From positions 1-64,000 of the forward strand of contig JAEUKC010000023.1 of the NCBI GenBank assembly GCA_016794445.1: DNA of 64,000 nt. The letters run 5' to 3'. The DNA comes from Myxococcales bacterium (GTDB taxonomy: Bacteria > Myxococcota_A > Polyangia > Polyangiales > JADJMO01). Shown here piece by piece: positions 1 to 15,206 of this stretch. The translations under genes and the position numbers were made by a program. Every line of letters starts with the position of its first letter. Position 1 is the stretch's first letter. The notes under the pieces were generated by a model, which did not search any database, was not told where the DNA came from, and saw nothing but the letters and a program-made list of their open reading frames with translations.

Positions 1-80
1 CCGTCGTCCCCGAAGCCGTTCTCCGCGAAGTACCGCGCCCGCGCCGACCGCATCGTCTCTTGCTCCATCGCCACCTCCAT
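1..80 (-). CDS. hypothetical protein, 5' fragment (gene continues beyond the left edge)
   Basis: A reverse-strand ATG at 80 (alternative ATG at 68) is followed by high-GC3 codons to position 1, giving MEVAMEQETMRSARARYFAENGFGDD... It is divergent from the TetR gene. It is absent from the ORF track because it has no stop in the window. Confidence 0.45.
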   Translation of the reverse strand, partial: MEVAMEQETMRSARARYFAENGFGDD

Positions 81-92
81 TATGACCGTAGT

Positions 93-118
93 CAGCATTG
101 AGTCCACTCAGTCTGCTG
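93..118. promoter_or_regulatory. imperfect palindrome, candidate TetR operator
   Basis: CAGCAtTGAGT-cc-ACTCAgtcTGCTG lies in the 88-bp, locally GC-poorer gap between divergent starts at 80 and 169. Confidence 0.25.
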
Positions 119-168
119 TCAAGGGGCTGGACAGCCGTGAAATCCGGAGGAATGTTCTGACCACGGTC

Positions 169-765
169 ATGTCTCTGCGGCTCCAGCACAAGCTCGACAA
201 GCGGGAGCGCCTCCGCCGGGCGGCCTTCGAGCTCTTCACGGAGCGAGGCTTCGACGCGACCACCACGAAGGCCGTGGCCGAGCGCGCCGGCGTGGCCACG
301 GGCACCGTGTTCCTCTACGCGAAGGACAAGGCCGACCTCCTGTTCCTCGTGATGCACGACCGGCTCGCGTCGACCGTCGACGATCGCTTCGCGACGCTCC
401 CGAAGGGCCCGCTGCTCGACCGCCTCATGCACGTGTTCGCGGGCATCTTCGCCATGTACGGCGAGCACCCCGCGATCGCGATCGCGTTCGTGCGCGAGCT
501 CCCGGGCGCGAAGGGCACCAACGCCGACCAGGTGAACGCGCTGACCTTCGCGTTCCTGCACCGCATCGCAGGGCTCGTGCGCGAAGCGCAAGATCAGGGC
601 GAGCTAGCGCCCAGCATCGAGCCGCTCCGCGCGGCGACCAACGTGTTCACCCTCTACTTCGGCGCGCTGCTCGGGTGGATCAGCGGCTTCACCACCCTCG
701 AGGCGGCGCTGGAGCCAGGGCTGCGCTCCTCGCTCGCGCTGCAGATCCGCGGGCTACTGCCCTAG
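169..765 (+). CDS. TetR family transcriptional regulator
   Basis: Part of ORF 82..765. It has the classic TetR_N helix-turn-helix RERLRRAAFELFTERGFDATTTKAVAERAGVATGTVFLYAKDKADLL. I moved the start to ATG 169 because codons 82-168 have poor GC3 and would abut the divergent gene. Start 82 is still possible. Confidence 0.85.
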   Translation: MSLRLQHKLDKRERLRRAAFELFTERGFDATTTKAVAERAGVATGTVFLYAKDKADLLFLVMHDRLASTVDDRFATLPKGPLLDRLMHVFAGIFAMYGEHPAIAIAFVRELPGAKGTNADQVNALTFAFLHRIAGLVREAQDQGELAPSIEPLRAATNVFTLYFGALLGWISGFTTLEAALEPGLRSSLALQIRGLLP

Positions 766-779
766 AGTTCACTCGGAGC

Positions 780-1097
780 TCAGCGCCGCTCAAGAGGCTC
801 GCGAAGCCGCGCGCGCAGGGCCTCCCAGACCACGTCGAGCGAAGCGACGTCGGGGAACACCCACTCGCCGGGGAAGCCGGCGTTCGCCTTCCCGCCGAGC
901 TCCGCGATCAACGCGCGGACGAACACCTCTTGCTCCGGCTCCACGACCTCGCCGAGGTCTTCGCACGACACCCGATGGACCACCGGGATGACCAGGTGCG
1001 CGTCGCCTGCGGAGCCGACGACCCGGCGGAACGAGTAGCGGCGCGTCGCATCGAGCGGTGCGCCCGCCGTGCCGGACAACGATTCGGGTTTGGCCAT
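780..1097 (-). CDS. hypothetical small protein (105 aa)
   Basis: This is the 3' end of ORF 780..2381(-). ATG 1097 has GAGGA 5 nt upstream, and GC3 collapses upstream of it. The rest of the 533-aa ORF is antisense to gene 1425..2375. I recognise no family. Confidence 0.6.
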   Translation of the reverse strand: MAKPESLSGTAGAPLDATRRYSFRRVVGSAGDAHLVIPVVHRVSCEDLGEVVEPEQEVFVRALIAELGGKANAGFPGEWVFPDVASLDVVWEALRARLREPLERR

Positions 1098-1424
1098 GGG
1101 GTCCTCGGCTGCGCGCGAAAGAACACGAAGAGCCAGCGCATCCGGTCTGCCAGCGTAGGTCAGGGGCCGACGCGCAGACATGACTTCTCTGAAGCCCGAG
1201 ACGATCGACACCGCCGAGGTGGCGAACCTCGGCTCTCGACCGAAGGGCGGAGCCCCGCGCGGCACCTCCAGTCGCGCGAGCAGACCGCACGCGGGCGGGG
1301 CCACCGCGCGGATCTTGCTGACTCGGCAAGCCTCCGAGCTCGGTTCAAGCTCACTCCCGTCGGACCGTCCACCACAGCGGCTGTGGTCGACGTTTCGGGC
1401 AGCCCGTCGGAAGGGAAGTGACTC

Positions 1425-2375
1425 ATGAAAGCAACGTCTCCGCTGACCGTGTCGCTCGTCGCGTCGCTCGCGCTGTCCGCCGGATCGGGGCTCGCACAGC
1501 CGACCGGGGACGCTCCGCCGAAGGCCGAACTCGTCGCTCCGGTGACGCCGGCGCCCGCCGCTGCCCCCGTGCTCCTGCCGTTCGGCCTGCGGGGTGTCGG
1601 CGTCGGCAACGCGGTCCGTCTCGATCAGACGTTCGCGAGCTACACCGCTTCGGACAAGGCGTACCAGGAGAGCGTCCACTTCCTGTCGGCCGCGGTGAAG
1701 GTCGGGGACTCGTTCGCCGTCTCGCTCCGCACCGGCTTCGATCGCTACGGGCAGCCGGACAGGCCGACCACGACGGGGTTCCTCAACACCGTGGTTGCCG
1801 GCCAGTATTCGGTGAAGCTCGCGCCCACCTGGCGGTTCGCGGCGGTGCTCGGCGCGGGGCTGCCCACGGCGTCCGGGGCTGGGAACAACCCCGATCCCGA
1901 CGTCGCGGCCGCCCACAAGGCCGGGAACCTGGCGCGCGGGCTCATGAACGGCGTCATGTTCACCCCCAACGAGATCTACGCGCTGTTCGGGGCCGATCTC
2001 GCGTTCGTGGCGCGCGGGTTCACCGCGCAGATCGAGGTGACCGTGGCCCCCGGCGCGCGCGTGCGCGGCGAGGTCGCCACGCCCGACGCCACCAAGGTCA
2101 ACTCGGTGAACGGCCTCGCCCTCGGCTACTACGTGATCCCGCAGCTCTCCGTCGGCGCGGAGCTCTGGTACCAGCGGTGGCTCTCCACGCCCGCGTCGGT
2201 CGAGAAGGACTCCTCGCTTCGCGACGCGCTCTCGCTCGTGGGCGGCGTGCGTGGTCACATCGACGCTGGCGGGTTCAAGGTGCGGCCGGGGGTGAGCTAC
2301 GGCGTCGGCGTCCGCGGGACGCTCGCCGACAAGCACGTGCACATGCTCCAGCTCGACGTCCCCGTGAGCTTCTGA
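1425..2375 (+). CDS. outer-membrane beta-barrel-like secreted protein
   Basis: It has a Sec signal peptide (MKATSPLTVSLVASLALSAGSGLA/QP), an alternating hydrophobic beta-strand pattern, and a C-terminus ...LQLDVPVSF ending in Phe. Confidence 0.75.
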   Translation: MKATSPLTVSLVASLALSAGSGLAQPTGDAPPKAELVAPVTPAPAAAPVLLPFGLRGVGVGNAVRLDQTFASYTASDKAYQESVHFLSAAVKVGDSFAVSLRTGFDRYGQPDRPTTTGFLNTVVAGQYSVKLAPTWRFAAVLGAGLPTASGAGNNPDPDVAAAHKAGNLARGLMNGVMFTPNEIYALFGADLAFVARGFTAQIEVTVAPGARVRGEVATPDATKVNSVNGLALGYYVIPQLSVGAELWYQRWLSTPASVEKDSSLRDALSLVGGVRGHIDAGGFKVRPGVSYGVGVRGTLADKHVHMLQLDVPVSF

Positions 2376-2381
2376 ACGCAA

Positions 2382-2421
2382 CCCTCGCGGGGAGACGGGG
2401 ACGCTCGGCGACGCGCGAGGG
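2382..2421. terminator. weak bidirectional hairpin between convergent genes
   Basis: CCCTCGCG (2382-2389) pairs with CGCGAGGG (2414-2421) in the 84-bp gap. The loop is long (24 nt) and there is no U-tract. Confidence 0.2.
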
Positions 2422-2459
2422 CGGCGGTGAGCGCGCCGTGGGTCCGCGGGCTCTCGGCC

Positions 2460-3870
2460 CTAGGAGCTCGCGAGGAAGGCGTCGATGCGGGTCGCCGCGC
2501 GGCGCCCCTCGGCGATGGCCCAGACGACGAGCGACTGACCGCGACGCATGTCGCCCGCGACGAACACGCCGCGCACCGGCGTCGCGTGATCCTCGGCGAC
2601 CACGTTGCCCCGCGGGTCGAGCTCGACGCCGAGCTGCTCGAGGACGCCGGCCTTGACGCTCCCGACGAAGCCCATCGCGAGGAGCAGCAGATCGCACGGG
2701 AGCTCGAGCGTCTCGCCGGTCGGGACCAGCTGTCCGTCGACGAACGCGACGGCCTCGGCCCGGAGCGCGCGGATGCGCTCCTCCCCGACGAGCTCGGTCG
2801 TGCGCACGCCGAAACGGCGCTCGCCGCCTTCTTCGTGCGACCCCGAGGTGCGGAAGATCAGGGGCCACTCGGGCCAGGGATTCGCGGCCCGCCGCTCGTC
2901 GGGCGGGCGCGGCAGGAGCTCGAGCGAGGTGACGCTCGCGGCCTCCTGCCGGAGCGCCGTCCCGACGCAGTCGCTGCCGGTGTCGCCACCGCCGAGCACG
3001 ACGACGTGTTTGCCGGTCGCGAGGATCGGCTCGCCGGTCACGGGCAGGCTCGCGACGCGGCGGTTCTCCTGGGTGAGGAACTCCATCGCGAAGTGCACGC
3101 CCGGGAGCGCGCGACCCGGCGCCGCGAGGTCGCGCGGCACGAGGGCACCGCCGGCCAGCAGCACGGCGTCGTACTGCGCGCGCAGCTGGTCGCCGCGCAC
3201 GTCCACCCCCACGTGCACGCGCGTACGGAAGGTCACGCCCTCCTTCTCGAGCTGGCCGAGGCGCAGGTCGAGCACGCGCTTGTCGAGCTTGAAATCCGGG
3301 ATCCCGTAGCGCAGGAGGCCCCCCACGCGGTCGTCGCGCTCGAACACCGTCACGTCGTGGCCACGCCGGGCGAGCTGCTGCGCGGCCGCGAGGCCCGCGG
3401 GCCCGGAGCCGACGATGGCCACCCTACGGCCGCTGCGGACCAGCGCGCGCTGCGGCGCGAGGTGCAGGTTGCGGTCGGCGATCTGGTGCTCGATCTGCTT
3501 GATCGCCACCGCGCCCGGTGGGCGACGGCCCTCACCCTCGGGCACCGTCTCGAGCGACAGCACGCAGCTCGCCTCGCACGGCGCCGGACACACCCGCCCC
3601 GTCACCTCGGGGAAGTTGTTGGTCGCGTGCAGCGAGGCGCTGGCCTCGTCGAAGCGACCGGCGAGGACCAGATCGTTCCACTCGGGGATGAGGTTGCCGA
3701 GCGGGCAGCCCTGGTGACAGAACGGGATGCCGCAGTCCATGCAACGCGCCGCCTGGTCGCGCAGCTCGGGGTCGGGCAACGGAAGGTCGTACTCGGCGTG
3801 ATCGTGGACGCGCTCCGCGATGGGGCGTGCCTCGCCCTTGCTGCGACGGAGCTCGATGAAACCGCGCGGC

Positions 3871-3878
<8 letters not shown>
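2460..3878 (-). CDS. gltD: glutamate synthase small subunit (NADPH)
   Basis: 472 aa. It has the N-terminal Fe-S Cys region (CMDCGIPFCHQGCPLGN) and dinucleotide motifs VAIVGSGPAGLAAA and VVVLGGGDTGSDC. It lies directly downstream of gltB with an 8-nt overlap. Confidence 0.95.
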
Positions 3879-8445
<4,567 letters not shown>

Positions 8446-8509
8446 GGGAGCCGCGCATTGTTCCCCGTCTGACGCGACGCGGCAAGGCGCCGTTGGGTAT
8501 CCTGCCCGG

Positions 8510-9928
<1,419 letters not shown>

Positions 9929-9931
9929 CCG

Positions 9932-10918
9932 ATGCGCGCCCTCCCCTTCTCGCTCCTCCTGGCCTCGATGGTGGCGACGTCTCCCGCGATCGGCGACGAG
10001 GCGGCCACCGAGCAGGCGCGCGCGGAGTACGTGGCCGGCACCAACCACGTGAAGGCCGCCAAGTGGGGGGAGGCCATCGCCGCCTTCGAGCGCTCGCGGG
10101 CCCTGCGACGCCATGCCCTCACCACCTTCAACATCGCGGCGTGCGAGCGCGCGCTCGGTCGCTACACACGCGCGCGTCGAGCCTTCCGCGACGCCGTGGC
10201 AGAGGACAAGGCCTCGGGCGGGAAGGAGCTCGGCGAGACCTTCGTCGCCGACGCCAAGACGTATCTCGGAGAGATCGACGGTCTGCTCGCCAAGATCGAC
10301 CTCACCGTCTCGCCGGGCGACGCAGCCATCTCGTTCGACGGGCGACCGCTCCTGCTGGACGTGGAGGACAAGGGGCTCTACGTGACGGGCCTCGCGGCGC
10401 CCGGGCCGGGCAGCGCCCTCGGCGCGACGGTGCGGGTGCTGACCGATCCCGGGGCGCACGTTCTCGTTCTCGCCCGCAAGGGCTACTCGGACGTGCTGGT
10501 CAACCGGACCTTCCCGCCAGGCAGCAAGACCACGCTGGCGCTCGAGCTCGAGAAGCTGCCGGGGATCATCAAGGTCCGCGCCGATCGCGACGGCGCCGTG
10601 GTCACGCTGGACGGCCTCGACGTCGGCACGGCGCCGGTACAGGTCAGCCGGAGCGCGGGGGCGCACACCGTCATCGTCCGGAAGACCGGCTACGCGACGT
10701 ACAGTGCGCAGATCGACGTCCGTGCCGGGGAGGAGCTGGACCTCCGCGCGACGCTCGCTCCGGAGACCATCCCGATCACCAAGAAGTGGTGGTTCTGGAC
10801 GATCGCGGGCGGGGTGGTGGCGGGCGCCGCGGTGGGCACGTACTTCCTTGTGCGACCCGCGCCGACGCGTCCCCCCATCGACGGAGGAGGGCTCGGATGG
10901 GCCGCGACGGTGCAGTAG
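9932..10918 (+). CDS. PEGA-domain protein (signal peptide, C-terminal TM anchor)
   Basis: It has signal peptide MRALPFSLLLASMVATSPAIG and PEGA-like modules (HVLVLARKGYSDV; HTVIVRKTGYATYS). A TM helix WWFWTIAGGVVAGAAVGTYFLV follows. It starts 4 nt after the kinase stop. Confidence 0.75.
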   Translation: MRALPFSLLLASMVATSPAIGDEAATEQARAEYVAGTNHVKAAKWGEAIAAFERSRALRRHALTTFNIAACERALGRYTRARRAFRDAVAEDKASGGKELGETFVADAKTYLGEIDGLLAKIDLTVSPGDAAISFDGRPLLLDVEDKGLYVTGLAAPGPGSALGATVRVLTDPGAHVLVLARKGYSDVLVNRTFPPGSKTTLALELEKLPGIIKVRADRDGAVVTLDGLDVGTAPVQVSRSAGAHTVIVRKTGYATYSAQIDVRAGEELDLRATLAPETIPITKKWWFWTIAGGVVAGAAVGTYFLVRPAPTRPPIDGGGLGWAATVQ

Positions 10919-12687
10919 CGGCGCTGGCGGTCGCCTGCGCGAGCGCGCCGGGTTGCCTGTCGACGCCTCCACCGCTCGGCGAGGTCGTGATCGCGGTCGA
11001 CACCGACGCCGACGTGCCGGCGATGGTGTCGCGCCTGCGCGTGGATCTCTTCACGGAGACCGGACGCTGGTACGAGTCCCGCGAGTTCCCGGCCGACGAT
11101 CCCGGGGCGTTTCCCCTGGGATTCGGCGTCGTGACGGACCGCGAGGATCGCCCACGCACGGTGCGCGTCCGCCTGCGTGGCTACCTCGGAGGCCGCTCCC
11201 GGGACGAGCGGGGGCTGCGCCCCACCACCGTCCTCACGCCGCCGCGGCCCGCGCCCTCCGAACCCGCAGCCGCCTGCGCGAGCGTCCCCGTCCTCGAGCC
11301 GTTCCCGGCGAAGCCGCTCCGCCTGCGCACGTCGCGGAGCCTCGTACTGCCGACGAGCTGTGGGGGTCTCGCCGCCGGCGCCGCTCCCTTCACGCTCCGC
11401 GTCGCGACGGCAGGGCGCTACCTCGTCCAGGCACTCGACGCGACGGCGCACCTCGAAGCGCGTCCTTCGTGCGGGGCGGCGCCCGTCTCTGACTGTCGCC
11501 TGCAGGAGCTCGAGCGCGACCTCTCCGCCGGCGAGCACAGCCTCCTCGTCGCGACCGACACGCCGTTCGCCGACGTCCAGCTCGTCGCCAGCCTCGTCTC
11601 CGATCGCGACGCCGCCCTCGCGGCGGCGGCCAGCCCGGCGCCGACGGGGGAGCCGCGACTGTTCCGCGTGCTCGGCGGACCCGACGAGACACCAGAGACC
11701 GAACCCGAGCCCGGCACGACCATCGACCAGGTGTTCGATCTCGTCGTACAGCCCGCCACGGTGGCTCACGTCCGGGTGCTCCTCTCGACGCGCTGCTTCG
11801 GCGTCGAGGCCGACGTCCAGGGCGGGCGCTCGTGCGTGGACGGGGCGCTCGCGCCCGTCGCCCTCCGGACCGGCACGGCGAGGAGTCCTGCGCCGTCCTC
11901 GGTGGGGTCGTTCGCCCGCGGGGTCGCGGCCGATCCGTGCCCAGGAGGGGCGGACGAGGAGCACGTGTGCGTCGCCGGGGGCGTCCACCGCCTCGGCGAT
12001 CGCGCGCTGGTCCCGAGCGACGTCGCCCAGCCCTCGTCGCCCGAGCGCTTCGTGGTCGTACGCCCGCGTCTGGTCGACCGACACGAGTACACGGTGGGCC
12101 GCTACCGCGCGGCGCTCGCCAAGGGCTTCGTGGCCACCGACGCGGTGGGCGGCGCCGCGGTCGACCCCACGTGCACGGTGGACGGTGCACCGGACCTGCC
12201 GTTGAACTGCGTCCCCTGGACGACCGCGCGTGCCCTCTGCCGCTTCGAAGGCGGCGACCTCCCGACGGAGACTGCGTGGGAGTGGGCGGCGAGCGGAGCG
12301 GGCACGGTACAGAAGCAGCTCTTCCCCTGGGGCAACGCGCGGAGCGGATGCTCGTCGATCAACATCGGCTGCACACCGACCGACCCGAGTGGGCTGTTCG
12401 GCGTCGACGATCCTCGCTTCGTCGCCGATCGCTCGCCGCTCGGACTGGTCGGCATGACCGGGAACGTGATGGAGTGGACGCTCGACACGGCCGAGCCCTA
12501 CGACGGGCCGCGCTTTCGGTCGATCGATCCGCTCGAGGCGGCTACGCTCGACGAGCTCGCGAGCCACCACGCGGCGCGCGGGCTGTCGTTCCGCGAGGGC
12601 GCGCTGCTGCTCGGCACGGTCACGCGGCGGCGCATCTCCACGTTCTCCAGGGACGCGCGTGTGGGGTTTCGATGCGCGCGAGGCTGA
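10897..12687 (+). CDS. FGE/SUMF1-fold domain protein with unknown N-terminal module (paralog 1)
   Basis: This is the 3' part of ORF 9145..12687, and ATG 10897 is in frame. The N-terminus MGRDGAVAALAVACASAPGC is hydrophobic and lipobox-like. The C-terminus carries FGE-fold motifs (LVDRHEYT, LPTETAWEWAASG, GNVMEWTLD, VGFRCARG). It overlaps the upstream gene by 22 nt. Confidence 0.75.
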   Translation: MGRDGAVAALAVACASAPGCLSTPPPLGEVVIAVDTDADVPAMVSRLRVDLFTETGRWYESREFPADDPGAFPLGFGVVTDREDRPRTVRVRLRGYLGGRSRDERGLRPTTVLTPPRPAPSEPAAACASVPVLEPFPAKPLRLRTSRSLVLPTSCGGLAAGAAPFTLRVATAGRYLVQALDATAHLEARPSCGAAPVSDCRLQELERDLSAGEHSLLVATDTPFADVQLVASLVSDRDAALAAAASPAPTGEPRLFRVLGGPDETPETEPEPGTTIDQVFDLVVQPATVAHVRVLLSTRCFGVEADVQGGRSCVDGALAPVALRTGTARSPAPSSVGSFARGVAADPCPGGADEEHVCVAGGVHRLGDRALVPSDVAQPSSPERFVVVRPRLVDRHEYTVGRYRAALAKGFVATDAVGGAAVDPTCTVDGAPDLPLNCVPWTTARALCRFEGGDLPTETAWEWAASGAGTVQKQLFPWGNARSGCSSINIGCTPTDPSGLFGVDDPRFVADRSPLGLVGMTGNVMEWTLDTAEPYDGPRFRSIDPLEAATLDELASHHAARGLSFREGALLLGTVTRRRISTFSRDARVGFRCARG

Positions 12688-13943
12688 GGGTTCGGTCGTG
12701 GGTCGCGGTCGGCGCGCAGGTCGCGCTCCTCGGGTGCGGGCCTCGCACGGCGCCCCCCTCTGCCCAGCTCGTGATCCACCTCGATACCGACGCGACGTTG
12801 CCCGCCCCGCCCGGACAACCGGACCAGGCCTACCTGTTCGACCGCGTCCGCATCGACGTCCTCGAGGACGGGATCCCGACCGGGGTGGGGCGGGACTTCG
12901 CCGTCGACGAGGCGAGCTTCCGGGAGCGGAGGGCCAGCTTCGGCCTGGTGGCGCCGGCGGGTCGTGTCTTCGCCGTGCGCGTGCGCCTCTACCGGCTCGA
13001 CCGGGTGTACGAGGGGGAGCCTGCACCGACGTCCACGCTGGAGTCACGGGCGGCGCTGCCGGCGCTCGTCGAGGGCAAGGTGCAGCACCTCGGGCTGCTC
13101 CTGCATCTGGCCGATGTCGGGACGATCGTGGGGTATCCCGATCCCGTCGAGGCCGCGCCCTGGGTCGACACACCCTCTCTCGTGGGGAGCGCCGTCGTGC
13201 GCCGAAACTGTGGAGAGGCGCGGTACGAAGGCGAAGCCTGCGTGCCCGGGGGAGCGTTCCTGCTCGGTCTCCCGACGCCGCTCGCGGTGGCCGATCCGCG
13301 GGCCACGCGGCTGCCGACCGAGCGCGTGGTGCTGATGTCACCGTTCTTCGTGGACACCCACGAGGTGACGGGCGCGATGCTCGCGGCGAAGCTCCCCGAG
13401 CTCGGCGCGGTACGACCGCCTCTCGACGACGCGACCATCGGGTGCAACGTCTCACCGAGTCTGCCCGTGAACTGCGTGCACCCGGAGACGGCGCGCGCCT
13501 ACTGCCGCTCCCTGGGCAAGACGCTGCCGACCGAGGCCCAGTACGAGTACCTCGCCAGCGGGCGCGGGCGCGAGTGGCTGTACCCGTGGGGCTACGACAC
13601 CCCGCGGTGCGCCGACGTGGTGGCCGCGGACACCTTCGGGGTGACGCTGGTCCCGTGCGGGCCCGGGATCCGCCCCGCCGGCAGCGGACGCCTCGACCGA
13701 GTGGCGCTCGATCGCCCGGTGCTCGACCTCGCCGGCAACGTCGCCGAGTTCGCCGCCGACGACCTCGGGGTGCTCCCCGGTGGGCGCCTGCTGCGCGATC
13801 CCATCGGCACGGGCTCGTTCACGGTGGCGCGAGGGGGCTCCTTCCTCACCCCGCTGGCCGACGTGCGGGCCACGCTGCGCGCCTCCGACTTCGGCGAAGG
13901 GGCCGCGCAGGTCGGCTTTCGCTGCGTGCGCAAGGTTCCTTGA
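12672..13943 (+). CDS. FGE/SUMF1-fold domain protein with unknown N-terminal module (paralog 2)
   Basis: This is the 3' part of ORF 11832..13943, and ATG 12672 is in frame. The N-terminus MRARLRVRSWVAVGAQVALLGCG is lipobox-like. Motifs FVDTHEVT, LPTEAQYEYLASG, GNVAEFAAD, RGGSF and VGFRCV are present. It overlaps paralog 1 by 16 nt. Confidence 0.75.
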   Translation: MRARLRVRSWVAVGAQVALLGCGPRTAPPSAQLVIHLDTDATLPAPPGQPDQAYLFDRVRIDVLEDGIPTGVGRDFAVDEASFRERRASFGLVAPAGRVFAVRVRLYRLDRVYEGEPAPTSTLESRAALPALVEGKVQHLGLLLHLADVGTIVGYPDPVEAAPWVDTPSLVGSAVVRRNCGEARYEGEACVPGGAFLLGLPTPLAVADPRATRLPTERVVLMSPFFVDTHEVTGAMLAAKLPELGAVRPPLDDATIGCNVSPSLPVNCVHPETARAYCRSLGKTLPTEAQYEYLASGRGREWLYPWGYDTPRCADVVAADTFGVTLVPCGPGIRPAGSGRLDRVALDRPVLDLAGNVAEFAADDLGVLPGGRLLRDPIGTGSFTVARGGSFLTPLADVRATLRASDFGEGAAQVGFRCVRKVP

Positions 13944-14891
13944 TCAGTTGCAGACGGTCGGGTCGGGGATGCGGCAGATCCCGGCGATGCAGCGGGCCGC
14001 CGCCGCGCAGAGGTTCCCCGTGGCAGCGCACGGCTCGCCAGGCCCCGGGGCCGCCTCGCACACCCCGGTCGGGCTGCCCTTGCAGTTGCCCGACGCCTTG
14101 CACAACGTGACGGTGGTGGGCCCCGACTGGCCGCACGCCTTCCCGACGTCGGCCAACCCGACCTTGCTGCAGCTCCCGGTCGGCGGAATGCCCAGGCAGA
14201 CCAGCCCGTCCTTCAGCGAGCAGCTGTTGCCGGCCTTGCCGGTGGGGTCGCACGGCGCGCCCTCGGCGAGCGAGGCCACGCAGACCCCGCCGACGCACGA
14301 GTAGGCCAGGGGACACTGGCGAGACTCCACACACGGCTTGCCCGGCTGGGCGCGCTCGAGGCACTTGCCCGACACGCAGGTGAGTGCGGGGCTACACGAG
14401 CCGTCGGCGCAAGGCTCGCCGACCGCAGGGGCCTTCACGCAGACACCGCACTCCTCGCCCGCCGGCTGCCGACACACACCGCTGCTGCACTGCGCCGCGT
14501 CGAAGCACCGCTTCCCGTCACCCAGCGTGCCCGCGGGGAGACTGCACAGATCGAACACCGCGCCACCGAACAGCGACTCGCAGGTGCTGGTGGGGACGTT
14601 CTTGGTGCACGTCCCGATCTCGGCGGCGCCGTACACGACGCCCGGCAGGCCGATCACCCCCTTGCACCGCTGCTCGACGCTCGCACGACACCCCGCTTCG
14701 TCGCCGAACGAGGCGCCGATCACGAAGTCGGAGCACGCCGCGAAACGCGCGCAGAGCGCGGCCGCGAAGGGAACGCAGGCGGCGCGGGCGTCACTGGCGC
14801 CGGTGTCCTTTCCTGCATCCGTCGGTGCGGCGCTCGACGATTCCGACGAGCACCCGAGCAGGAAGAGGGCGGCGAGAGCCAGGTGACGCAT
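13944..14891 (-). CDS. cysteine-rich repeat lipoprotein
   Basis: It has the lipoprotein signal MRHLALAALFLLGC/SS. More than 40 Cys occur in repeated G-x-x-C...C...C..G.C modules, as in myxobacterial Cys-rich or Dickkopf-like repeats. Confidence 0.8.
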   Translation of the reverse strand: MRHLALAALFLLGCSSESSSAAPTDAGKDTGASDARAACVPFAAALCARFAACSDFVIGASFGDEAGCRASVEQRCKGVIGLPGVVYGAAEIGTCTKNVPTSTCESLFGGAVFDLCSLPAGTLGDGKRCFDAAQCSSGVCRQPAGEECGVCVKAPAVGEPCADGSCSPALTCVSGKCLERAQPGKPCVESRQCPLAYSCVGGVCVASLAEGAPCDPTGKAGNSCSLKDGLVCLGIPPTGSCSKVGLADVGKACGQSGPTTVTLCKASGNCKGSPTGVCEAAPGPGEPCAATGNLCAAAARCIAGICRIPDPTVCN

Positions 14892-14939
14892 GCAGCGAGC
14901 CTACCACCGGCGCGCAGCTCGGCGTCGACGCCGTGCGCG

Positions 14940-15164
14940 TCAGCCCGGCGGTGGACGCGACGTGCGACGACGCGGCTCGCCGGTGCCGTCGGTCTCCTCT
15001 TCGATGCAGAAGACGACGTCCGACAGCAACGACACCACCGAGATGCGTCGCGACGAGATCGGCATCACGCCGCTGTCGCGGATCTCCGCGGGCGCCGGCG
15101 GCAGCGACGAGATGGCCGCCGGGGGTGGACGGGATGGGAGGCGCGGCCTTCGTAGTGCGCTCAT
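14940..15164 (-). CDS. possible small Pro/Arg-rich protein (74 aa)
   Basis: ATG 15164 has GGAGAGGAAG about 6 nt upstream, and GC3 is high over most of the ORF. It lies downstream of the phosphoesterase gene. I recognise no family, and it could be spurious. Confidence 0.3.
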   Translation of the reverse strand: MSALRRPRLPSRPPPAAISSLPPAPAEIRDSGVMPISSRRISVVSLLSDVVFCIEEETDGTGEPRRRTSRPPPG

Positions 15165-15206
15165 GCTGCTTCCTCTCCCCCTCGAACGGACCGCAGCGAG
15201 CGACCT

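Noticed and set aside
1213-1386. Several palindromes or hairpins in the 327-bp divergent spacer. They are GCCGAGG-N7-CCTCGGC (1213-1233), CCGAGCTCGG (1334-1343) and CCACAGC-g-GCTGTGG (1372-1386). They could be riboswitch or operator candidates.
   Set aside because: Short GC-rich palindromes are frequent in this composition. I recognise no riboswitch consensus and no obvious regulator is adjacent. They are noted only as places to look if TSS data become available.
14891-14906. Sigma54-like motif TGGTAGGCTCGCTGCA on the minus strand.
   Set aside because: Its -12 GC lies only 2 nt from the ATG it would serve, so the TSS would fall inside the gene. The geometry is not functional.
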